Shown here: positions 56,041 through 64,000 of the stretch, piece after piece | How positions within the stretch are numbered: the first letter of the stretch is position 1 | How the letters are laid out: each line of letters begins with the position of its first letter | NCBI GenBank assembly: GCA_964510945.1 | Contig: CAZEED010000004.1 | Location: 1,250 to 65,249, forward strand | Length of the DNA: 64,000 bases | DNA from: an uncultured Candidatus Saccharibacteria bacterium | Lineage (GTDB): Bacteria > Patescibacteriota > Saccharimonadia > Saccharimonadales > JAGQNJ01 | Direction of reading: 5' to 3' | Position numbers and translations under genes: made by a program | The notes under the pieces: model-generated | Database searches by the model: none | What the model saw: the letters and a program-made list of their open reading frames with translations, nothing else | What the model was told of the DNA's origin: nothing

Positions 56041-57210
56041 TCAGGGAGTATTGTTAGGGACTTTTTCTATGAACCTGCTGTTGGCAATGTTCCAGTGAGT
56101 TTTTAGATAGTTGTCGTTGCCAATATTATCACCTAATGCGTTAAAGTAATCATCATTAGCACAATCTAACATTACTGCACGTAGATTTGTCTCAGAAGTT
56201 TCACAAACATCTTGTTCGTCGTGATCGACTGGACCATAGTAACCTAGTAGATCATCGTACTGCGTGACGTTATATACAAATTTTAGCCGTTCAGCACCCT
56301 GACCCAAGAATGAACCATCAATCTTTAATGCATGAGGCGCACTCTTTTGTGGTCCGCCAAGTGCGTGCACCAATTGGAAGGCAGCATTCTGTACGTACAT
56401 ATCACCCTTCTTTGCTGCTTCTTCGGCATCACCAGCCCAACACTGACGATTAATAATCTGCATGCTACTTAGACGGTTGTTTTTGTTCTCTTGCCCCGGG
56501 CGATCGTCCTGGAATGGCATAAAGTCATAGCCGCACATGTCCATATTGTTATTCTTAACTTTAGAGAAAACCATGTATTTTCTACTGTTTTGATCTAGCC
56601 CCGCTCGCCTAAGAATTTTGTAAGCTTTCTCGGGATTCTTATTTCGCGGACCGCCCTTTATGGCAGTATTAAATTTATCAAAATCTTTTTGTTTGAGCAG
56701 TAATCGGCGTACTTTAATTTGGCATTTGTCATTTCGTGGCCATCGTACCATATATCTTAAGTTTTGAGTTTTGGCAGACTCGATAAACACAGAATCAACT
56801 CCAGCTGCAATTTGCGCGATACGACTTTTCGCCCCCTGATTTATTGCATCAATTTCTGGGTCATTTTTATTATCTACCCAAAGTAGCTCAACTCTAGCAC
56901 CCCTGGAACCAAGATCGCCTGAACAAGCAGTATTAACTGCTGTATTTTGTGCTTCTTGTCTAACGCGCGCTGAGATTTGTGCCTTGAAGGCTCTACGTAA
57001 TGGTCCAGAAGCTAAACGATTAGGTAACGGTGAGGCGACTGCAACTACAGGCTCTGATGCCGCACTACTGCTTTTGCTACCATCCGAAGAATTTTTATAT
57101 ACATAATAGCCAATCCCCGACACAGCTAGCACCACTAAGGCGATGAGGAAAAATTCAACATGGCTAAAACCTTCGCTATTTATTTTAGTGAGTTTCTTGA
57201 ATAACTTCAT
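56041..57210 (-). CDS. Large secreted protein with prepilin-like leader and a degenerate zincin-like motif
   Basis: N-terminus ...KINSEG|FSHVEFFLIALVVLAVSGIGYYVY; FQLVHALGGPQKSAPHA; ...LDCANDDYFNALG...YLKTHWNIANSRF. Confidence 0.5.
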   Translation of the reverse strand: MKLFKKLTKINSEGFSHVEFFLIALVVLAVSGIGYYVYKNSSDGSKSSSAASEPVVAVASPLPNRLASGPLRRAFKAQISARVRQEAQNTAVNTACSGDLGSRGARVELLWVDNKNDPEIDAINQGAKSRIAQIAAGVDSVFIESAKTQNLRYMVRWPRNDKCQIKVRRLLLKQKDFDKFNTAIKGGPRNKNPEKAYKILRRAGLDQNSRKYMVFSKVKNNNMDMCGYDFMPFQDDRPGQENKNNRLSSMQIINRQCWAGDAEEAAKKGDMYVQNAAFQLVHALGGPQKSAPHALKIDGSFLGQGAERLKFVYNVTQYDDLLGYYGPVDHDEQDVCETSETNLRAVMLDCANDDYFNALGDNIGNDNYLKTHWNIANSRFIEKVPNNTP

Positions 57211-57331
57211 CTGATGATTCCTTTTTATTTTATTGTTTTTACAATGAAACTAATATTCATATCTATTCATACTCTAAAATAAGCATATGCGCAACCACTA
57301 GCTGTGGATAAATGCTAATGAATACTAGAGT

Positions 57332-60133
57332 TTACTGATCATGGTCTAGTTTTACCTCGATTGTTGGACTCGGTTCTGGAGGGTGGGCTACAGCAATGGG
57401 TTTAATGTCGTTAATTGGCTGCTGGACATATGCGGCTGGTTGAGGTTGAGGCAAAACAGGATTTGCTTTAGGCTGAACAAAAACAGGATTGGGCACCGGT
57501 GTAGCACTCGCTGGCGGAGCGTAAACTTGCTGGTTAGTAATTGTTGGCGCAACAGGAGGAAGTGGCGGTGGAGGCGCCGGTTCATTCAGAGGAGCGTTAG
57601 TATCATTGACGACATTAGGGTTAATATTTTCCACGTTTAGTTGGGGGGGCTGAAAACCTACCGACTGGTCTACGTCAGGAGCTGCCATACCACCCGACTG
57701 AGCTAACCCAGAATAATCTGCTACCGTTTGGCTATTACTTTGTACAGAGTTGGATTGCACTGGACTACTCGGCCCTGCACCGACTGGTGTAGCCTGCTTT
57801 AATCTCCTGCCTTTTCTATGATGAAGTATCATGATAATAATTGTCACGATAATTAAAACCAGTATTATCAATATAAAAATACTAATCGCTAAAGTTACTG
57901 GGCTAGATGCGCTGAAAAGTTCCTCGCTAATTATGACTTTTATCGGATTAGAATCACTCTTGTCCTCGCCGCTGGCAATTTTAGCATCAGCAACAGAGAT
58001 AAAACTTTTTGCTAAATAGTTGGCTGGGTATTTTTCTAAAGTCGCGTTGAACAGCTCTTTAGATTTAGAGTAGTGCCCACTACTAAACTCTGTAATAGCC
58101 TTATCCCAAATACCATCAACGTCACTCTCTGAATCGAGAGTTACTTTATTTTTGGATACCAATGCAGTAAAATCTGCCACATCACGTATGACGCCTGTTC
58201 CGGCAAATTTCGATACACCGGCTTCTGGATCTCCCTTACCCGATGCATAAGTAGTAATACCGATGACCTTAGCATTTACATCAAAAACAGGACCACCACT
58301 ATTACCTTGAGCAGTCGGTATAGTGGTTACTGCAAGCAAACGTGTAGATTTGGGTGATTCTTTAACAATTTCCTGCACAACACCTTGAGTTGCTGAAGGT
58401 ATAGTCCTTGTTTCCTTCGTCTCTAAACCACCGTCAACAAATCCAGGAAAGCCAATAGATGTGGCGACATCACCAACTTTTGCAGAAGTTATTGTGCCGA
58501 TAGAAGCTACCGGAAATGAAGTTCCCTCCATTTTTAAAAGCGCTACATCTGATGTTTTTGACTTCGAGATATCCGTTTCGCCATTTTCGGGTGTATATTG
58601 ATCAAAATCAAAATCCGTTAATTTGGCGCTTACCACTTTATCGCTATACACAAAGTCTGAGGCTGTCTTTAAATCTTTCAGCTTAATTGGTTCGTCAGAT
58701 AATTGAATAGCTAATTTAGTATTCTCTTTAGTCACCTTTAAGTTGGTTTTTGGGATCTGATATGCTAAATCCAAAATCGTATAGATTGCTTCTTGATCGC
58801 CTGCTTGCACACCTTTAATTAACGTATTTAGACCGGTAGCAGATATGACTTTAGAATCAACTAAATACTGCAAGTATTGCTGAAATGGCTTAACATTCTT
58901 TGCTTGGACATTAATAGCCAAGTATTGTTGCAAGGCTGGCACAAAACCGTGTTTTACCACATGTCCATTGGTACTAATATATCCATCTTCGGACACAATC
59001 GTACCGGACCCCACCGCGGCAGAACAAGCATTCTTAACGCTAAGTCCAACTTTGCCGCCGACAAGCAAATTAAAGTCCTTACAATCTATAGCTCCAACAC
59101 GAACTACCGCCGGCTGATTTTTGGCCACAACTTCTAGAGCGGTTGTACCCGATAATTTGTCTGGCACATTCACGCTGTCATCAACCGGATCTTCGCCTCT
59201 CGGAACATTTATTGCGCCAAAATCCGAGAATAATTGACGACTAAATAGACTGTCAAAGATCGAAGTTTTTGCCCCAAGAACCCCAGACTCAGCGTCGGGT
59301 TTGCTATATTTAGTCTGGGCAATCACTTGTTCGAATAATGCCAAAGTCTGGGATGAAGTGAACTCGTAATACGTTAACTTTATAACATAAGGACGTCCAT
59401 TTTGGACCGTCACATAATTTACTTGCCCTCCATCAGGCGATCCAACTGGTTCACTCTTGTCATAACTATACTTTTTTGAAGCTTTGTAAACAATTTTTGT
59501 ATATTCTGTATCGCCAATTTTTACTTGCTTTGATGACGACTGAGTATAGCTAATTTTGTCGCTCGATTTTGGGGCAAAAAACTTCGTTGCGAGTTCAATA
59601 TCGGATAGTTTCTGGCCAAATTCTTTCTTTCGTCGGGCAAAAAAGTCCTTAACAGTACTAGAGCTAACATACATATTCGTACTTCGTACATCAAAATCAT
59701 CTGCGAAAACGTTCGAAGTCTGAGTTTCTGCTTCTTTAAAATTTAAAAATAATGGGCTATATTTATCTTTTTTATTCCAAAGATCCTCACCAGTAACAAA
59801 ATCTAATTTTTTGTTTTCAGCGATTATCCAGCCCTGACCTTCAAATATCTCCTTGTTATATGTAGTAGAAAATCCAAGTGTCGAGTTAACCGTAACATCT
59901 TTAGAGCTTTGTGGCTGTACGTTAAGAACTTCCTGCAAAGCCTGGTTGGTTTCTTGGTTAGATTGCTTTTCGCCAGATTGGGATAGGTACAAACCAATAG
60001 TTAGCATTACAACTAGCGCTAAAAGACTAACAAATATTATCCTAAGAGTTCTTGTTTTTTTAGCATGACTGGCATGATCAATAGAAATATTGTCATGACT
60101 AGCAGATGTAGATTTACTCCGTTTAAAACCCAT
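57332..60133 (-). CDS. Membrane-anchored trypsin-like (S1) serine protease with Pro-rich C-terminal tail
   Basis: N-terminal TM; His in STNGHVV; Asp in SDVALLK; Ser in AQGNSGGPVF; second TM (ISIFILIILVLIIVTIIIMIL), then a P/Q/V-rich tail. Confidence 0.8.
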   Translation of the reverse strand: MGFKRSKSTSASHDNISIDHASHAKKTRTLRIIFVSLLALVVMLTIGLYLSQSGEKQSNQETNQALQEVLNVQPQSSKDVTVNSTLGFSTTYNKEIFEGQGWIIAENKKLDFVTGEDLWNKKDKYSPLFLNFKEAETQTSNVFADDFDVRSTNMYVSSSTVKDFFARRKKEFGQKLSDIELATKFFAPKSSDKISYTQSSSKQVKIGDTEYTKIVYKASKKYSYDKSEPVGSPDGGQVNYVTVQNGRPYVIKLTYYEFTSSQTLALFEQVIAQTKYSKPDAESGVLGAKTSIFDSLFSRQLFSDFGAINVPRGEDPVDDSVNVPDKLSGTTALEVVAKNQPAVVRVGAIDCKDFNLLVGGKVGLSVKNACSAAVGSGTIVSEDGYISTNGHVVKHGFVPALQQYLAINVQAKNVKPFQQYLQYLVDSKVISATGLNTLIKGVQAGDQEAIYTILDLAYQIPKTNLKVTKENTKLAIQLSDEPIKLKDLKTASDFVYSDKVVSAKLTDFDFDQYTPENGETDISKSKTSDVALLKMEGTSFPVASIGTITSAKVGDVATSIGFPGFVDGGLETKETRTIPSATQGVVQEIVKESPKSTRLLAVTTIPTAQGNSGGPVFDVNAKVIGITTYASGKGDPEAGVSKFAGTGVIRDVADFTALVSKNKVTLDSESDVDGIWDKAITEFSSGHYSKSKELFNATLEKYPANYLAKSFISVADAKIASGEDKSDSNPIKVIISEELFSASSPVTLAISIFILIILVLIIVTIIIMILHHRKGRRLKQATPVGAGPSSPVQSNSVQSNSQTVADYSGLAQSGGMAAPDVDQSVGFQPPQLNVENINPNVVNDTNAPLNEPAPPPPLPPVAPTITNQQVYAPPASATPVPNPVFVQPKANPVLPQPQPAAYVQQPINDIKPIAVAHPPEPSPTIEVKLDHDQ

Positions 60134-60201
60134 AGCTTAGTCTAAATTGTAGCATAAGCATGTTATGATTAGTTAATATATTATAGAGAAAGGACCCCTT
60201 C

Positions 60202-61200
60202 ATGCAGCCTAACGATCCTAATCAAGTAAATGACCCAAACCAACCGCAAGCACAGATGCCTCAAATGCCTGCGGAGCCTATTCCTCCGGCACCAAATCCT
60301 GTTGCACAACCCACTCCAGATTTAAATGTCCAGAATAACCTAGCGCCTCAGCCAACTATGCAACAAGAAACTCAATTGCCTCCACCTCCTCCGCCTCCAG
60401 CCCCACAGTCAGAGTTGCAACCATTGCCTCCAACGCAAACAAATCCGCTACCAACTCAGCCATTAGCTACGCCAATGGCACAACCAAATGACCCACTACC
60501 TCCTCCGCCTCCAGCCCCACAGTCAGTTACCCCAGATATACCCAAGCGCAATTTTCCTTTAAAAAAATTTCTACTAATTTTTGGTATTTTTACTATTGTC
60601 GCTGTAGTAGCAATTTTATCCATAGTTATAATTGGCAAACTTGGATCAAAAACGCCCAAATATTCCAAGACAAAAACTGTAGAATTGGTTGGTTTCTCTA
60701 CGGACGAAAATTCTGGGATGTCTTTTGAAGTTCCCGAAGAAATGGAAGAAACTCTAAAAACCGATTTGTCCGCAGACTATGTACATAAAGCACAGATCGA
60801 CAAAAACACTAAAGGCGAACTCGGGAATGTTAACGCCGCCATAGAGACTGTGTCCTATACCGCGGATGTTACGGACGCACAAAAAAAAGAGATCGCTGAT
60901 AAGTTTAACAGTGATTCATTCGACACTAACATAGAGGGAAGCATTGGCTCAGGGCCAAAGAATGTAAAGGTAGTGAACAAGACTGTATCTGACGATAACT
61001 CTACCCTGCGGGCTGAAGTCACCTTAGATATCCCGGGTGTCGATGATAACAAAGAGTATGTACCAGCCAGAGGCGTCATTACATATAAGATAATTGGCAA
61101 ACGAATGTATTTGTTTGTGTATGCGTTCACTGATGAAGTATTTAAAGCTAACGAAGGTTTTATAAAAAAGATGGAGGAAGGCGTAAAGTACGGGGTTTAG
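60202..61200 (+). CDS. Bitopic protein: Pro/Gln-rich N-terminus, TM, C-terminal globular domain
   Basis: Composition and one TM (LLIFGIFTIVAVVAILSIVII). An internal 28-nt repeat lies at 60385..60412 and 60499..60526. Confidence 0.5.
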   Translation: MQPNDPNQVNDPNQPQAQMPQMPAEPIPPAPNPVAQPTPDLNVQNNLAPQPTMQQETQLPPPPPPPAPQSELQPLPPTQTNPLPTQPLATPMAQPNDPLPPPPPAPQSVTPDIPKRNFPLKKFLLIFGIFTIVAVVAILSIVIIGKLGSKTPKYSKTKTVELVGFSTDENSGMSFEVPEEMEETLKTDLSADYVHKAQIDKNTKGELGNVNAAIETVSYTADVTDAQKKEIADKFNSDSFDTNIEGSIGSGPKNVKVVNKTVSDDNSTLRAEVTLDIPGVDDNKEYVPARGVITYKIIGKRMYLFVYAFTDEVFKANEGFIKKMEEGVKYGV

Positions 61201-61224
61201 GTCTAAACTAGCCAAAGTCTTTGG

Positions 61225-63003
61225 CTACCAGCCACCACCACCGCCTCCGCCACCGCCTCCGCCAGAGAATCCACCACCACCAGAAAATCCGCTAGAGCCC
61301 GAGCTACTTGGTGGAGCAAACTGAGTAGTGCTAGCCGTGTTGAAACTACCTAACGAGTCTGCTAAATAAATTGCATTGAAAGTTCTCCAGTTACCTTGAT
61401 ACCAATCGGGTGGCTTATCATATATGTCTTTGAACTCATTTGCCCAGCTTTTTTCTATCCCAAATAGCATGGCGTATGGTAGTAGTTTTTCAAACAATTT
61501 AATCTTGGCATTTTTACCACTACCAATGCGTTCAGCACCTTTTATGCTTTGAAGATACTTTATTCTGTCTGCTTCAGCCATTTTCATATAATCCTTCAAA
61601 CCATATAGATAATCTCGCATTTCTACACCAGACACTGTTCTGGCAGGCATTTTACTACCACCTATAAAAACAATCATCGATGATATCAACAGACCAATTC
61701 CTAGAGGTGTACCAATACCTGTAAACAACAGGATAAAGCCAACTACAAGCAATATTATCCCAATAGTGGTAAATGATTTCTTGGCAAGAGCCGGATCCGT
61801 GGCAAAGTATCCTTTATCTGCTGCTGTTTTAGTTTGCATTTTTGCTAACACCTGTACATCAGTAAAGATATTCTTTGCGAGGTCGCTCAACTTAGTTTTT
61901 GAGCCAACTGGGTATCCAGCTCCAAAAAACATTTCAACTACTTTTTTCTGCTCAGCCGTTAAATCATCTGGCGCTTTAATCAATTCTAACTCGTACTCGA
62001 TCTTGTCTTTAAGAACCTTTTTCTTAACAGTTTCTCTAATAACTATATAGCCATGCACTGCCAGCTCTACTACTGTGGCACTGACGGCGGTTGTATTCAT
62101 ATGCTCATTGATAATTACATCCGCTAGAGACACGTGCATTTCTTTAGGCACAGAATATTGTGGGATAATAACTCCCCTACCTTTTGGATCTCTACCCCGT
62201 TTTCGCCATTTAATGATCACCACCACTAAGGTTATTAAAATTGGTAAAAATGCCGAGAGAACAATCGTCAAGAAAATTATTGTTTTTAGTAATGCTACCA
62301 TTTTATCTGGCTCGAACGTCCCGTTAGCGAAGCCCATAACAAATGTCAGTGTTTCATACGGATTGAGATTTTTTGCAATTACAGTCACAACTTGACCGTT
62401 CTTATCATTGACTGTTTTGATATCGCAACTGCTCTCTTTTACACCATATCGGCCAGAAAAACATTTTTTTAGATCTGGCTTAATCTCTCCTACTTCATTA
62501 GGTACATGGATTCTTGCGATAACCTTACCCACCGGCTGAGCCCACTGATCACCATTTACGTCCCAGTAAAACTCATCATGTGTATCATATAATTTAATAA
62601 AATTCTTAACTTCATAGCTAATAACATAGGTAGTCCGGCCATGAACAAATTGATTGGCGTTACCAATTTTTAAAACAGCGTTACTGTTGTTGCTACTGGT
62701 TGAATAGTTATAGGCATCCCCTTTTTCATCCGTCACCGACAATATTTTTAGTCCAAGGTCATTATCATACTTTTCAGGAATGGCCCGAAGTATCCCGTGA
62801 TTCTGGTTATATTCAGGAAATGTGGCAACTATTTTTTCTACAACTTTCATCGATGCGACTTTTTTATCAGATTTTTGCAGATAATAATCGGTTGTGAAAG
62901 AATTTATCTCAAAGTTATTAACGTTTTGAGCAACAGCCGGCTTTACATGAAAAATGGTTAATAAAAATGTAAAGCCAATTAGTGCTGTATAGATTTTTTT
63001 CAT
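61225..63003 (-). CDS. DUF2207 membrane protein with poly-Gly C-terminus
   Basis: Signal peptide, N-terminal beta domain, TM cluster, and the typical tail ...SSGSSGFSGGGGFSGGGGGGGGGGGW. Confidence 0.75.
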   Translation of the reverse strand: MKKIYTALIGFTFLLTIFHVKPAVAQNVNNFEINSFTTDYYLQKSDKKVASMKVVEKIVATFPEYNQNHGILRAIPEKYDNDLGLKILSVTDEKGDAYNYSTSSNNSNAVLKIGNANQFVHGRTTYVISYEVKNFIKLYDTHDEFYWDVNGDQWAQPVGKVIARIHVPNEVGEIKPDLKKCFSGRYGVKESSCDIKTVNDKNGQVVTVIAKNLNPYETLTFVMGFANGTFEPDKMVALLKTIIFLTIVLSAFLPILITLVVVIIKWRKRGRDPKGRGVIIPQYSVPKEMHVSLADVIINEHMNTTAVSATVVELAVHGYIVIRETVKKKVLKDKIEYELELIKAPDDLTAEQKKVVEMFFGAGYPVGSKTKLSDLAKNIFTDVQVLAKMQTKTAADKGYFATDPALAKKSFTTIGIILLVVGFILLFTGIGTPLGIGLLISSMIVFIGGSKMPARTVSGVEMRDYLYGLKDYMKMAEADRIKYLQSIKGAERIGSGKNAKIKLFEKLLPYAMLFGIEKSWANEFKDIYDKPPDWYQGNWRTFNAIYLADSLGSFNTASTTQFAPPSSSGSSGFSGGGGFSGGGGGGGGGGGW

Positions 63004-63160
63004 TGTTTACTACATTATCTCATAAATGGAAAAAGCCGAGTATTTATATAGTTTGATAAGAATCTTGAGATAATCTTTAGGCTAAGACTTGTGGATAACC
63101 CAGCGACCACGTCCTATAATAATTTCAACATTTGATACCAAAAAGCTTATCATTAAATAA

Positions 63161-64000
63161 ATGCAAAAAATTAGAAATAAAAGAATCGTAGCTAGCCTCA
63201 GTGGATTGATTGGAGTGCTACTATTCTCAGTCTTTATAACTCTCATTGTTAATCTTGGTGTTGCAAAAGCCCAAATTAAAGAATACTGCGGAGAGGATAT
63301 GTCCGCATACTATGATGCTAGGTTAGCTGTTAGTGCTGATAAATATGATGTATATGTAAAGCTCGGGAAACGTGGGCAATCGACAAAAGTACAACTACAA
63401 ATAGAAGAAGAATCTAAGTGCAAGACCATAGGTGAAGTTCAGGCTAACGGAGAATCCTATAAAAAACTTGGCTCATGGAATCTTAGCACAAGCCAAGAAC
63501 CTAGGTTCGTTCTAGGCTCGGACCTGTTTATTACTTTCCCAGATGCAAATCGACCTGAAGTATTGCTAGTCTCAAAGACTGATCCCGTCTGCATCCCAGA
63601 CAAAAAATGTAGTACAACAATTGGCGATGATAAAGGTTACATTGTACCGACTCATACTTCGCTCGCTATTAATGACCTTGTAGTCAAAAAAGTTACTGAT
63701 CCAAAAAAGGATCAGATTACAAAGGTGGATTACTACGCAAGTAATCGTTATTTGTATACCACTACCAACATTGAACCTTTCAATATGGGTCTCGTGCCGG
63801 GTGGTAACCAAACATTATCTAAGGTAGTGAGTTATAAATCTGGTCAAAAAGTAGTTCTAGAAGAACAGGTCTATGTCAGTTTTACAAAAGATTTCGGTAA
63901 TTTTATATACCGAACATTTAATAGCAACAAAACTTGGCTAAAAGTCGTTGGCATCATGCTACTAGTTGCCCTTTTTGCAACCCTAGCCCTCTCAATATTT
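63161..64000 (+). CDS. Secreted/membrane protein, 3' end outside the window
   Basis: Own translation from ATG 63161 (MQKIRNKRIVASLSGLIGVLLFSVFITLIV...) stays open for 280 codons to the window end. Confidence 0.5.
   Translation, partial: MQKIRNKRIVASLSGLIGVLLFSVFITLIVNLGVAKAQIKEYCGEDMSAYYDARLAVSADKYDVYVKLGKRGQSTKVQLQIEEESKCKTIGEVQANGESYKKLGSWNLSTSQEPRFVLGSDLFITFPDANRPEVLLVSKTDPVCIPDKKCSTTIGDDKGYIVPTHTSLAINDLVVKKVTDPKKDQITKVDYYASNRYLYTTTNIEPFNMGLVPGGNQTLSKVVSYKSGQKVVLEEQVYVSFTKDFGNFIYRTFNSNKTWLKVVGIMLLVALFATLALSIF

Noticed and set aside
57303-57311. Perfect DnaA-box 9-mers TGTGGATAA (also at 63090..63098; near-match at 12943)
   Set aside because: These are isolated single boxes tens of kb apart, with no dnaA/dnaN, no AT-rich unwinding element and no clustering. 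About 0.5 perfect boxes would be expected by chance in 64 kb on both strands, so two is not evidence for an origin.
60385-60526. 28-nt exact direct repeat that might have hinted at a CRISPR-like or VNTR array
   Set aside because: There are only two copies, both inside a coding Pro-rich segment and encoding the same PPPPPAPQS peptide. There is no repeat-spacer periodicity and no cas genes anywhere in the window.

Overview
Dense chromosomal window of about 60 short genes. It uses the standard genetic code: TGA, TAG and TAA all terminate recognisable genes. The gene content looks Patescibacteria/CPR, Saccharibacteria-like, but this is inference only: a type IV pilus locus without secretin, a sortase, ComEC, many small unknown proteins and almost no biosynthesis. 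Recognisable blocks in order: rny(partial)-tsaB-tsaE; PRC-barrel; HD hydrolase; recX; nudix-recA; a 10-kb type IV pilus locus (pilin, pilB, pilC, major pilin, two minor pilins, a 630-aa PilX-N/LamG protein, pilM/N/O-like); ruvB-SDR-ruvA-ruvC; an LTD/Cys-repeat surface protein-yebC-comEC; tRNA-Lys; a RimK / retropepsin-like / ATP-grasp / DUF1704 / GGDEF cluster; sortase; hrcA-grpE-dnaK-orf-VKOR-dnaJ with a CIRCE operator; lepA, murJ, ftsH, tilS; two CAT-anticodon tRNAs; MFS transporter; envelope proteins (S1 protease, DUF2207). Most unusual observations: (1) Downstream of the likely initiator tRNA, an array of integrase-less single-gene units and non-coding units is bounded by seven copies of the tRNA 3' end core GCAACCA, with attL/attP/attR-like arm combinations and a perfect 200-bp repeat. 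(2) A roughly 360-nt gene-free stretch between the two Met-type tRNAs has long perfect helices, suggesting an unassigned structured RNA. (3) A protein C-terminal ligase/trimming-type cluster (RimK, DTG protease, second ATP-grasp, HExxxH DUF1704) sits beside a GGDEF cyclase, and the DUF1704 gene carries one in-frame TAG. (4) A 48-codon upstream ORF copies the first 14 codons of lepA and ends in ATGA overlap with the lepA start. No CRISPR array, rRNA, transposase or recombinase gene was seen.
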